Origin: Candidatus Thorarchaeota archaeon
Lineage (GTDB): Archaea; Asgardarchaeota; Thorarchaeia; Thorarchaeales; Thorarchaeaceae
DNA: 48,031 bases
Assembly: GCA_038893995.1 (NCBI GenBank)
Contig: JAWAQK010000013.1
Span: 1-48,031, forward strand
Reading direction: 5' to 3'
The notes beneath the pieces were generated by a model. It made no database searches. It had not been told where the DNA came from and worked only from the letters and a program-made list of their open reading frames with translations. Every line of letters starts with the position of its first letter. Position 1 is the first letter of the stretch. The position numbers and the translations under genes were made by a program. This document shows, piece by piece, positions 9,366 to 18,436 of the stretch.

Positions 9366-10563
9366 GGAGAAGGCCTATCGGAGTCTCGAATCACAAGCAC
9401 TACTGCAACAGGTAATGTTCCGATACATGCTGGAGGGTCATGAAGCCAGTGAGGAACGGAGACTTGCATGGGTGACATCAGGGTTTCCTGTAGAGATCCC
9501 CGTTGCGATGGATGTTGGTGTAGTCTATCCTGAGCAGTACGGTGCGGTTGTGGGCTCACAGAAGGTAGGACCAGAACTCTGTGGCTATGCAGAGGAGAGG
9601 GGGTTCTCACAGGAGTTATGTTCGTACGCAAGAGCCAGCATCGGTTCTGTCCTGAGGCCTGAACGCAGTCCTCTAGATGGTCTACCATCCCCTCAGGCAC
9701 TGCTGGCCTGCAACAACATATGTGGCACGGTACTACGGTGGTACGAGGCAGTGTCAGAAATGACAGGATCTCCGGTATTCCTGCTAGACACTCCTCCCGT
9801 TGAAGGCATACAGAAGCCTCATCACAAGGAGTACGTGAAGAAGGGCCTTCTCAGACTGGTCGATTTCCTCCAGTCAGTGTTTGGAACGCACCTCTCTGCC
9901 GAGAAACTTGACAGCGTGATAGCTCTCTCAAGTGAGGCTGTTGGACTTTGGACAAGGGTCCTTGAGTCGTGTAGGAACAGGCCAAGTCCCCTGAACTGTG
10001 CAGACAGGTTCTTGGCAATGGCCCCCATAGTGTCGTTGCGTGGCAGGGACTACACGGTGGACTTCTATCGGGCACTTCTTGAAGAGGTGGAGGCCCGCGT
10101 CAGGGGAGGAATCGGAGCAATACGGGATGAGAGAGTGCGGCTATTGTGGGATAACATCCCGCCTTGGTTCAGCATCTTCCGTTTCTTCAACTCACTGGCC
10201 AAGAGGGGTGTTGTATTTCCTGCCGACACCTATACACATGCATGGTCTGGGTCCCTGACGAGTGACGATCCATTCGACAAGGCCGCTGAGATATACTCTA
10301 ATGTATACTTGAATCGGGGTCTTGATGCAAAGGTCGAGAAGATGTGCACACTGATAAAGGACTACTCGATAGATGGCTTTGTGATGTTCTCAGTCCGCTC
10401 ATGCAAGAGATATTCACTGGGGCAACTGGTTTCGAGGGAGTTGGTTTCAGAGAGGACCGGGGTGCCAGGTGTCGTGATTGAGGGCGATATGGTAGACAGC
10501 CGTTCCTTCAACGAGGCACAGGTTCAGACAAGAATAGATGCGCTCCTTGAGATGATCTGTTGA
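9358..10563 (+). CDS. 2-hydroxyacyl-CoA dehydratase / benzoyl-CoA reductase family subunit (HgdA/BcrB/BzdO-like)
   Basis: TTG at 9358 after GGAGGAGG. PVEI, YPE, ELCSYAR, NNIC...WYE, RSCK, EGDMVD, TRIDALLE. Confidence 0.87.
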   Translation: MSEEKAYRSLESQALLQQVMFRYMLEGHEASEERRLAWVTSGFPVEIPVAMDVGVVYPEQYGAVVGSQKVGPELCGYAEERGFSQELCSYARASIGSVLRPERSPLDGLPSPQALLACNNICGTVLRWYEAVSEMTGSPVFLLDTPPVEGIQKPHHKEYVKKGLLRLVDFLQSVFGTHLSAEKLDSVIALSSEAVGLWTRVLESCRNRPSPLNCADRFLAMAPIVSLRGRDYTVDFYRALLEEVEARVRGGIGAIRDERVRLLWDNIPPWFSIFRFFNSLAKRGVVFPADTYTHAWSGSLTSDDPFDKAAEIYSNVYLNRGLDAKVEKMCTLIKDYSIDGFVMFSVRSCKRYSLGQLVSRELVSERTGVPGVVIEGDMVDSRSFNEAQVQTRIDALLEMIC

Positions 10564-10569
10564 GGCGAA

Positions 10570-11358
10570 GTGGTCATGACAGGGCATCTTGCAGTAGGAA
10601 TCGATGCAGGCTCTACAACCACCAAGGGCGTGGTGATTGACCATGACGAGCGACTGGTGGCGAGTTCAGTCGTTCCTACAGCTGGATCAGTTGCCAATGC
10701 AGTCTCACGCGTACTTTCTCAGCTCTCTGCGATGTCTTCTCTCGATATGGCGGAGGCGGTGGTCGTTACGACAGGTTACGGTAGGGCATCAACAGGTCTT
10801 AGAGGGAGACAGGTGACGGAGATCACTTGTCACTCGATCGGCGTGCATCACTTGAATCCTGACATCCGTCTTGTGATTGACGTTGGGGGACAGGACGCCA
10901 AGGTGATACGCATTGGAGCGAATGGGTTTCCCGTGGACTTCGACATAAATGACAAATGCTCGGCTGGAACAGGCAGGTTCCTTGAAGTCATGGCGCGAGT
11001 GCTCGGAGTCACCATCGATGAGCTGGGGCCGCTTGCCCTACGGTCCGAGTCTCCCTGCCCCATAAGCAGTACATGTACAGTCTTTGCCGAGAGTGAGGTG
11101 GTTGGACGCATAGGATCAGGTACCTCCCCCGCGGATATTGCAGCAGGAGTTCATCAGGCGATGTCGTCTAAGATCGCGTCACTCTCTAGGAGACTGGGCC
11201 CTGCTGGACCGGTGGCGTTGACGGGGGGAGTCGCTCTTAATCCTGCATTCAGACACTACCTCTCCCTCAACCTCGGTATCGAAACATGGGTCCCAGAGCA
11301 CCCCCAGCTGACTGGTGCAATTGGTGCCGCAGTGCTGGCAGCCCGTGAGGGTGGTTGA
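10570..11358 (+). CDS. CoA-substrate-specific enzyme activase (HgdC/BadF/BadG/BcrA/BcrD ASKHA ATPase)
   Basis: GIDAGSTTTK, TGYGR, EITCH, DVGGQDAK, NDKCSAGTGRFLE, STCTVFAESE. Confidence 0.95.
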   Translation: MVMTGHLAVGIDAGSTTTKGVVIDHDERLVASSVVPTAGSVANAVSRVLSQLSAMSSLDMAEAVVVTTGYGRASTGLRGRQVTEITCHSIGVHHLNPDIRLVIDVGGQDAKVIRIGANGFPVDFDINDKCSAGTGRFLEVMARVLGVTIDELGPLALRSESPCPISSTCTVFAESEVVGRIGSGTSPADIAAGVHQAMSSKIASLSRRLGPAGPVALTGGVALNPAFRHYLSLNLGIETWVPEHPQLTGAIGAAVLAAREGG

Positions 11359-11451
11359 GTTTCCTGAGGATAGGTCGTACTGGACTCGGTGGAACGATAT
11401 TGGCGCCTCTACCGACTCGACATGCAGCTCCCTATTGTCCAGTTCGCGTGT

Positions 11452-12012
11452 TCACTTGATGCATTCAGCCACTGCATTATTACCGGCCTGGATGCCCAGG
11501 TCCAGAGCCTTCATGTTTGTACTCAGGAATCGAGGCCATCTCGCTTCAATCTGCTTCTTCAGGCCCTCGATGGACACGGCCTTTGTAATTGCCACAATTG
11601 CACCCATCATGACGACATTCACGGCCTGCTTGGTCCCCACTTCCTTGTCCGCTATTCTTGTGGCTGGAATTCGATACACCTTGACGCCTCTGGGCAGTTC
11701 CCCCTCAATCTGCACCAGGTCCTGGTCAATGATCAGTATGCCTCCCTCTTTGAGCCCTCCTACATATTCTAGATACGCAGCTCGGCTCATGGCGACGAAC
11801 ACGTCCGGGCTAATGACCTTAGGATAGTCAATCTCGGCGTCATCGATCACCAGTTCGCTCTTGCTCGCCCCCCCTCTTGCCTCTGGTCCGTAGGACTGAG
11901 TCTGCACGACCTGTTTTCCGTCGTGTAACGCTGCCGCCTCTCCGAGGACTACCGCCATTGTCACTATACCCTGACCGCCAAACCCTCCGATTCTCATTTC
12001 ATATCTGGCCAT
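11452..12012 (-). CDS. korC: 2-oxoacid:ferredoxin oxidoreductase gamma subunit
   Basis: GFGGQG, QSYGPEARGGAS, NVVMMGA. Confidence 0.9.
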   Translation of the reverse strand: MARYEMRIGGFGGQGIVTMAVVLGEAAALHDGKQVVQTQSYGPEARGGASKSELVIDDAEIDYPKVISPDVFVAMSRAAYLEYVGGLKEGGILIIDQDLVQIEGELPRGVKVYRIPATRIADKEVGTKQAVNVVMMGAIVAITKAVSIEGLKKQIEARWPRFLSTNMKALDLGIQAGNNAVAECIK

Positions 12013-12021
12013 ATGCTCTAC

Positions 12022-12864
12022 TCACTTCCTGAGCTTTGCATGCATGCTCTTCATGACATCAGTGAACTCTGGTTTGTCAATATCGATAAACTCCCCACAT
12101 ACGATCCGCCTGTCATATTCAAGTTCTGCCTCGTGGGGCGGCAGGCCGCTCTTGATGTCGGATACCTGCAACAAATGCTTGTGCATCTCCACTCCATCGC
12201 CGAGCCTATTGTTTCGTCCGTAAGACGTTGGGCATGCTCCGACTATTTCTATGAACGAGAACCCCTTCTTGACTATACCTCTCTCAATGGACTTGGTCGC
12301 ACGTCTCACTTGAACCGCGGTCCATCTTGCCACGAAGGTGGCTCCCGAGGATGCTGCAAGCTTGACCAGATTGAATGGATGCTCGATGTTGCCAATGGGC
12401 GGGGGACTGGTCTGTGAGTATCTCTCATGCTCAGTTGTCGGTCCGAATTGCCCCCCTGTCATGCCGTAGTTGAAGTTGTTGAGGCAGACAAGAGTCATGT
12501 CAATATTCCTTCTACAGGCATGTATCAGATGGTTACCACCTATTGCAGCTACGTCTCCGTCGCCGCTCACCACAATGACTTCCAGGTCCGGCCTAGCTAT
12601 CTTGACTCCCTCTGCAAATGCAATTGCTCTGCCGTGAGTTGTATGGAATGTCCCTGTCTTGAAGTATCCTGATATACGTCCAGTGCATCCGATACCAGAG
12701 ACAATCACTACCTTTGACATATCCAGCCCCAGATTGTCAATCGCACGTGCTATCATCCCTGTCACGATACCGATTGAGCAGCCTGGGCAGTATATCCAGG
12801 GCATCCTGTCCTCTCGGATGTATTTTGCCAGAGGGTGCTTGAGCACTTTCTGAGCGACGGCCAA
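12022..12864 (-). CDS. korB: 2-oxoacid:ferredoxin oxidoreductase beta subunit (TPP-binding); ORF extends to GTG 12897
   Basis: CPGC, SGIGC, HGRA, GDGD...NN, YGMTGGQ, CP. The TTG at 12864 fits a TATA-like TTTTATG at 12902-12908 (-). Confidence 0.9.
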   Translation of the reverse strand: MAVAQKVLKHPLAKYIREDRMPWIYCPGCSIGIVTGMIARAIDNLGLDMSKVVIVSGIGCTGRISGYFKTGTFHTTHGRAIAFAEGVKIARPDLEVIVVSGDGDVAAIGGNHLIHACRRNIDMTLVCLNNFNYGMTGGQFGPTTEHERYSQTSPPPIGNIEHPFNLVKLAASSGATFVARWTAVQVRRATKSIERGIVKKGFSFIEIVGACPTSYGRNNRLGDGVEMHKHLLQVSDIKSGLPPHEAELEYDRRIVCGEFIDIDKPEFTDVMKSMHAKLRK

Positions 12865-13264
12865 CGTTCCATCCCTTGAAGGAGCGTTCTTTGGCACGAG
12901 TCATAAAAGGCTTCTCATTAGAACTCCCATGCCATGGGCAATGAAGGACAGACTGTTGGTAGTCCGCTGGCATAACAATGTGGTACGGACCAATCTCGTA
13001 TGGCCTCGAGATCCCTCTCATTGTTCTGAGAGCTTGATCAGTGTCGTGAGTGGAACTCAACGAGCCCACTGGACGCGCCTGCCCATGTCATCGCTGAGTG
13101 ACCTGCTCATCTCACCAAATGGAGGTTGCTTCCATTAGGCCGGTCCAAGACCAGAGCTGCCTGAACCATGATTCTTCGTTCTCTTTCACTCTACCACTAG
13201 GTCCGCTACTAGTCCGGCCTCACCTTATCTCATGGTACTTGTCCCTTAGTGAGAAATCTCCTCA

Positions 13265-14395
13265 TCAGCTAATCTCTCTTAACTTTGCGAGGATCTCCTG
13301 AGGTGTCTGAGGTGTGCCTGCAGGTCGAGTCATGGAGTGAACCGGTGTGGGCGCCGCAGCAGCCTTCACCATGATACAGATCTGTCCAAGATTCTGTTCG
13401 GGTACTACTATGTGCTTGACTCTGCCCGCTATCTCTGCAACCTGCTCATCTGGGAAGGGCCACACAGTCTTCAGTCTAAGCATGCCGGCGCGTATGCCCT
13501 CTTCTCTTGCCAGTCTTATTGCTCTCTTTGCACTACGAGAGGGTGCGCCGTACGCGATAACGGCTATCTCGGCATCATCTAGCATGAACCTTTCAGTTTG
13601 AATGATCTTGTCCTTATGACGTATGATCTTCTCGCTCAACCTAGTCACAAGCTCAATCTGAACTTGGTCACTGTCTGTTGGGTAACCTCGTTGGTCATGG
13701 GTGAGGCCGGTCGCGTAGAACTGGTACTCGGTTCCTAGCAGCGCCATTGGCGGTACAAGGTCCTCGTCGGGCCTGAATGGAAGATACTCACTGGGATCCA
13801 CAGTGGGTTTCTTCCTTGACACAAGCTTGATGTCCTTCTCATCTGGAATGACTAGTTTCTCCCGCATATGTCCAACGACCTCATCTGCGAGGATGAACAC
13901 AGGAGTCCTGAGTTCCTCCGAGAGGTTGAATGCTGTGATCGTATGGTCAAACATCTCTTGGACTGATGCTGGTGTGAGAGCTATTATCTGATAGTCTCCG
14001 TGGGACCCCCACTTTGCCTGCATGACGTCCCCCTGTTGTCCACGCGTTGGTTGACCGGTGCTCGGCCCACCACGCATTATGTTCACCAACACTAGGGGAG
14101 TCTCGGTCATTACTGCCAGCCCAACAGCCTCTAGCATTAGACTGACACCAGGTCCAGATGTGGCAGTCATGGCCTTCACTCCTGTCCACGAGGCCCCGAT
14201 CACGCTCGTGATTGATGCGATCTCGTCCTCGTACTGGACGTAGGCGCCCCCAACCTCAGGCATCCTGAGCGCCATCCACTCTGCTATCTCCGTAGCTGGC
14301 GTTATGGGGTAGCCTCCGAAATATCTACACCCAGCACTGATTGCCCCCTCTGCACAGGCTATGTCTCCCATTGTGAACATTACACGCTCAGGCAT
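13265..14395 (-). CDS. korA: 2-oxoacid (likely 2-oxoglutarate):ferredoxin oxidoreductase alpha subunit
   Basis: ATG at 14395 overlaps the korD stop. GYPITP, EDEI, TSGPG, RGGPSTG, QAKWGSHGD. Confidence 0.92.
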   Translation of the reverse strand: MPERVMFTMGDIACAEGAISAGCRYFGGYPITPATEIAEWMALRMPEVGGAYVQYEDEIASITSVIGASWTGVKAMTATSGPGVSLMLEAVGLAVMTETPLVLVNIMRGGPSTGQPTRGQQGDVMQAKWGSHGDYQIIALTPASVQEMFDHTITAFNLSEELRTPVFILADEVVGHMREKLVIPDEKDIKLVSRKKPTVDPSEYLPFRPDEDLVPPMALLGTEYQFYATGLTHDQRGYPTDSDQVQIELVTRLSEKIIRHKDKIIQTERFMLDDAEIAVIAYGAPSRSAKRAIRLAREEGIRAGMLRLKTVWPFPDEQVAEIAGRVKHIVVPEQNLGQICIMVKAAAAPTPVHSMTRPAGTPQTPQEILAKLREIS

Positions 14396-14741
14396 CTGCA
14401 CTATCCTCGCTCGACTTCTTCTCGAACTCGGGGATGTGTGTTCCCCGTTCGAGTGACCCGGATTCAAAGGCTTCTCTGGCCTCCTCTCTCTCCGCCAGGA
14501 ATATCGCCATGTCCGGACAGATCCACTCGCAGAACTCACAGTTCACACAGGAGTCGATATCGCATGCCGTCACTGGATGATAACCCCTGCGGTTGTATTT
14601 CGACATGTCGAAACAGAGGACCTTCTTCGGACAGAACTCGATGCAGAGACCGCACTGCTTACACTGCTCCTGCAGTATCACTAGCACCTTCTCTCTGGCG
14701 CGTGGAGCCTTGGGAACAATCGGTTTTCGAACCTCCGACAT
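14388..14741 (-). CDS. korD: 2-oxoacid:ferredoxin oxidoreductase delta subunit (2x[4Fe-4S] ferredoxin)
   Basis: CKQCGLCIEFCP and CVNCEFCEWICPD; overlaps the korA start. Confidence 0.88.
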   Translation of the reverse strand: MSEVRKPIVPKAPRAREKVLVILQEQCKQCGLCIEFCPKKVLCFDMSKYNRRGYHPVTACDIDSCVNCEFCEWICPDMAIFLAEREEAREAFESGSLERGTHIPEFEKKSSEDSADA

Positions 14742-14907
14742 CTCTGGAGTACTCCTCGGTCTTGTTTCGAGTCTATCAGTGCAGGACTTGAGGTCCATCT
14801 GAGGCGCGGGTCCTCGAACGTCAGGATGGCCCTCCTTCAGCTCCTATATGAGCATTGCCTTCGGGTAGCTGCAGCGAAACACAGTTAAGAATGAGGCCAT
14901 AAACGAT

Positions 14908-15390
14908 ATGGCCAAGGAGCTCAGGGTCTTGTCAGAAGAGGACGATCTAGCAGGTGTTCTGAAGGGCAAGACATTGCGGGTCTACTGGTACATGTTGCGA
15001 CACCCCGCGCCATTGACCGCCCGTGAGATCCAGCAGGGAACCAAGCTCTCGAGCCCCTCTCTATCTATGCACCACCTCGAGCGGCTCAGGGACCTGGGCC
15101 TCGTGGAGAAAAACGTACATGGTCAGTATACAGTCAAGAGAGACGTGAGAGTCGGTGTACTGAAACTGTTTGTCGGGCGAGGACGCTTCATGGTCCCTCG
15201 CTATCTCTTCTATGCCACTCTGTACACATCCCTTACGGCATCCCTCTCGTCGACTGTCATTCTGATGCAGTTGTACAGCAACTGGATGGTTACTACTCTC
15301 CTGATGCTACTCGTTTCCGTGTGCGTTGTGTGGTGGTTGGAAACAGTGCGAGTCTGGAGAGAACAGCCTTTTCCGGAGGTGTCGGATTGA
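14908..15390 (+). CDS. Membrane-anchored winged-helix (ArsR-like) transcriptional regulator
   Basis: LKGKTLRVYWYML...REIQ...LSSPSL..HHLERL..LGLV wHTH, then two C-terminal hydrophobic helices. Confidence 0.75.
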   Translation: MAKELRVLSEEDDLAGVLKGKTLRVYWYMLRHPAPLTAREIQQGTKLSSPSLSMHHLERLRDLGLVEKNVHGQYTVKRDVRVGVLKLFVGRGRFMVPRYLFYATLYTSLTASLSSTVILMQLYSNWMVTTLLMLLVSVCVVWWLETVRVWREQPFPEVSD

Positions 15391-15443
15391 GCCCTCTTAG
15401 TATTCTAGTGCATATTGGTCAACAATGCTGTCGCGCAGGAGCA

Positions 15444-15707
15444 ATGACGAAGAAAGAGCGCATTGGCCGGTCCATGATGTTTCTGTTGGGCGTACTGGTG
15501 TTGTGTTGGTTCTCTCGTAGGACATCTCCCATACTCAGTTACCTTCGAGTCCGTGAATCCTTGGCCTCCGCCATGGGCATGACATACAGTTTCACGCATC
15601 CAGTACCCCTATGTGTAGACCCTGTCGTGGCATATCTGGTTGTGGTGATCTTGACCTGCATCGTGATGGCAGCAGTGGTCTATCATCTTGCAAAGAAGTG
15701 GCTCTGA
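15444..15707 (+). CDS. Small two-TM membrane protein
   Basis: ATG after AGGAG; two hydrophobic segments; fills the gap between the regulator and hdrB. Confidence 0.5.
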   Translation: MTKKERIGRSMMFLLGVLVLCWFSRRTSPILSYLRVRESLASAMGMTYSFTHPVPLCVDPVVAYLVVVILTCIVMAAVVYHLAKKWL

Positions 15708-15716
15708 TCTTCCGCT

Positions 15717-16613
15717 CTAGTCTACAACTGCATCGACAAAGGGTTTCGTGTCAACGACGTGTTTGTGAAGTCCAACCATATTGGGATCGAGACCCATTGC
15801 CAGGCCAAGCAGTTGCGTATAGTAGATGACAGGAAGGCGATAGCGATTCTCTCCGAGTTCACGGTTCAGCTGCCCCTGTGACATCTCGAACTGAAGATGA
15901 CAGAATGAGCAGACATTGACTATAGCCATTGCACCTGCGTCGATCATGTTGTCCATCTTTTCTCTAGCTATGTCAATACTGACTGGCACATTGCTTCCCC
16001 TCACTCCTCCTCCGGCGCCGCAACACATGTACTTGTCCTTGTACTTCACACTCTTGACGCCTGTTACCTCCACCAGCTCATCCAAGAACGTGTGTCTCTG
16101 TGTCTGTTTCCACGGTCTGTTCTTGGAGGGCTTCAGGAGGTGACATCCATAATGGACAGCCACCGGAATGTCCGCAAGCTGTCGTGTCACTGACTTCTTG
16201 AGCCTCTCCACCCCAATCTCATTGATGACCTCAATCACATGCTTCGCAGTTGAACTGGCCGTGAATCTGAGATTCTGGCCCTGTAGAAGATCCTGCACCT
16301 CTTTCATCTTGATAGGGTGCGCCCTGAGATCTGCCAGTGTTTCTCTGAAAGTTCCGTAGCACCCATTGCATCCTGTGACTATGTCCAGTCCCTTGGCCTC
16401 AGCAAGAGCAAGATTCCTTGAGGCCATGACGAGCCAGGTCTTCTCGTCAAACGACCTGATGACCCCTGGCGCCGGACAACAGCTAGCTCCCTCGAGTTCC
16501 TCCAGTTCTACCCCGATTCTTGGAAGCACTTCCCGAATACTCTTCTCGACGTTCGGAAATCGATTAGGCATCACACACCCTAGAAACAGAGCGTACCTGG
16601 AACCCTTGGACAC
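15717..16613 (-). CDS. hdrB: Heterodisulfide reductase subunit B (copy 1, methanogen-like)
   Basis: GTG at 16613 after GGGAGGA. LGC...CCPAPG...CNGC; HYGCH...CCGAGGG...CSFC (two CCG domains). Confidence 0.93.
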   Translation of the reverse strand: MSKGSRYALFLGCVMPNRFPNVEKSIREVLPRIGVELEELEGASCCPAPGVIRSFDEKTWLVMASRNLALAEAKGLDIVTGCNGCYGTFRETLADLRAHPIKMKEVQDLLQGQNLRFTASSTAKHVIEVINEIGVERLKKSVTRQLADIPVAVHYGCHLLKPSKNRPWKQTQRHTFLDELVEVTGVKSVKYKDKYMCCGAGGGVRGSNVPVSIDIAREKMDNMIDAGAMAIVNVCSFCHLQFEMSQGQLNRELGENRYRLPVIYYTQLLGLAMGLDPNMVGLHKHVVDTKPFVDAVVD

Positions 16614-16617
16614 CTTT

Positions 16618-17157
16618 CTACTCCTCCCGTGCTGCGACGATGGCTTCAAACCCTGTCTTGCGCATCAGTTCCTTGACTTGTTTCAGGGCCTCATTACTCG
16701 AGTGTGTAGTTGGAGGTATTTCCATTAGACCGAGTTCTGCTCTCATCTCGCGGTTTGCATCATCAAGTGGTACAGCATGGCCCGACTGGACTAGTTTCTC
16801 CGCGGTCTTCCTATGCTGGGGAAGCATGAATCCTCTCCTCACAGCCATGTTACGCATTATTATTATTGCATCGCTGACCTTGATCTGCCGCGGGCATCTC
16901 TCAAGGCACGTCAGACATGTTGCGCACAACCAGAGATCAGGCGAACTCAAGACCTCGTCTCTGAGTCCTAACAATGCCTTTCGGATCAGTTCTCTGGTCC
17001 TAAATGCAGTGCGTCGACCACTCGGACAGACTCCCGAGCATGTACCACACTGAATACATGTCCTTAGCCTGTCCGCGCCCGCCTTGACTATGGTTTCCAC
17101 AAAGGTGGGATCAATGTTGGTCGCATCAATGGTCTCTCGACAGATACCATCAGTCAT
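16618..17157 (-). CDS. hdrC: Heterodisulfide reductase subunit C (copy 1)
   Basis: CIQCGTCSGVCPSGR and LWLCATCLTCLERCPR, GHAVP; ATG at 17157. Confidence 0.93.
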   Translation of the reverse strand: MTDGICRETIDATNIDPTFVETIVKAGADRLRTCIQCGTCSGVCPSGRRTAFRTRELIRKALLGLRDEVLSSPDLWLCATCLTCLERCPRQIKVSDAIIIMRNMAVRRGFMLPQHRKTAEKLVQSGHAVPLDDANREMRAELGLMEIPPTTHSSNEALKQVKELMRKTGFEAIVAAREE

Positions 17158-17261
17158 CGCTATTCCTCGGGAGCTGGTGTGTCTTCTGGTTTCCATGCAG
17201 GTATATAGACTTTCAGAAGTAAGCCCTCGCGAAGATACGACTTCGGAGAACTTGGCCCCGT

Positions 17262-18341
17262 CTAGCTTATGTCATAACGATCGTCCGAGAGAAGATGCAG
17301 GTTTCCTATTCTGACATTGGTCAGGCCCGCGTCCTCGGCCACTCTCTTGCATTCGTAAGCATGGTGGCGGCTAGTAGATGGCAGGTCGAGCATGTGTCTG
17401 TGAGGATAGAAACCGAGGAGCACAGTTGGTATCGTGCAGTCGCAATTGGCTATGAACGAACATAATCGTTGCACCTCGATGACTCCAACATAACCTGGGA
17501 CCAACAAGATACTTGCCACGAGAAACTCATGATCTCTGTACTTTCCTCGACTTGCGAGGTATCTGAAGTTACGTAGGACTGGCTGGTTTGATGTGCCTGT
17601 CAACGCCTGATACAGACGAGGCGAATATGCCTTGAGATCGATCTTGAGTGTGCCTCGGCTCTGGATAACAATGTCAGAAATCCTATCGAGGTACTTGCTG
17701 GATATTCTTCCATTAGTCTCATAGCAGATCGGAATGTTCCACCTTTCACGTACAAGCATCGAGGTTTCGATTGAGTGTTGAGCATTACATGACGGGTCGC
17801 CTCCAAAGAAGCATACACACGCCGTCGACTCACCAACCGCCGATGCCAGTTCCGATGGGGCCACGAGTGGTCTCCCAGCTCTGACCATGGAGAAGTGGCT
17901 TTCATTCTGGCAGTAGAGACAGTCTGAGTTACATGATCCGTAGAATACGGCAAGGTTTCTCCCTCCGGGTCTCTGACGAGTACTCTCTCGCTTCGAGACG
18001 GCACACACTTCTCCCGCTGTACAGTTTGTCGGAAGCGGATCGAAGTATGAATACACAATGGCCTTCCCCGGGTACCTCTCCACGATTCTCTGTCCCACAG
18101 CTGAACGAAGTCCACAGAATCCCTGTTCTCCGTCTGACAATCTGCAGTGGTTGGCACACTCTCCACATACAGTGGTTCCGCTGTCAGCAACTCTTCCTAC
18201 CAGTCCCTGTTCGCACCTGTACTGCACATGTCGGGAGAGAACAGCGTCAAGAAGCTCCTCTCTCTCGCTCAGACATAGACCACAGTATCCAAACGATGCG
18301 GATGCAACTCTCCTCTGTTCGAGGTGATTTGGGCACAACAC
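17262..18341 (-). CDS. Radical SAM protein, PFL-activase-like archaeal family (DPLPTNC motif)
   Basis: CNSDCLYC (CxxxCxxC), GGDP, ETNG, DLKA; extra N-terminal Cys motifs (CGLC, CGECANHC, GFC). Confidence 0.88.
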   Translation of the reverse strand: MLCPNHLEQRRVASASFGYCGLCLSEREELLDAVLSRHVQYRCEQGLVGRVADSGTTVCGECANHCRLSDGEQGFCGLRSAVGQRIVERYPGKAIVYSYFDPLPTNCTAGEVCAVSKRESTRQRPGGRNLAVFYGSCNSDCLYCQNESHFSMVRAGRPLVAPSELASAVGESTACVCFFGGDPSCNAQHSIETSMLVRERWNIPICYETNGRISSKYLDRISDIVIQSRGTLKIDLKAYSPRLYQALTGTSNQPVLRNFRYLASRGKYRDHEFLVASILLVPGYVGVIEVQRLCSFIANCDCTIPTVLLGFYPHRHMLDLPSTSRHHAYECKRVAEDAGLTNVRIGNLHLLSDDRYDIS

Positions 18342-18393
18342 ATCGAGTACTCTCGAGTTCGCTCTAGCTCCAACCGAGGTCCTTTGACAACGG

Positions 18394-18400
18394 ATTTAAA
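18394..18400. promoter_or_regulatory. TATA box between the divergent radical SAM and hdrC genes
   Basis: Symmetric TTTAAA within an intergenic region of about 90 bp. Confidence 0.5.
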
Positions 18401-18436
18401 CTTGAAAATCTTACCCCTCAATCGTCGGTGCTCACA

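Noticed and set aside
9062-9700. Long antisense or alternate-frame ORFs (also 17600-18190, 42280-42930, 43364-43966, 2447-3007 and many shorter ones)
   Set aside because: They overlap well-supported genes, lack motifs and have shadow-ORF composition.
14396-14539. N-terminal extensions in the ORF track (korA, hdrA1, dppA, rrp41, pfdB, rpl37ae)
   Set aside because: Downstream starts with SD motifs match family N-termini; the extensions overlap upstream genes or promoters.
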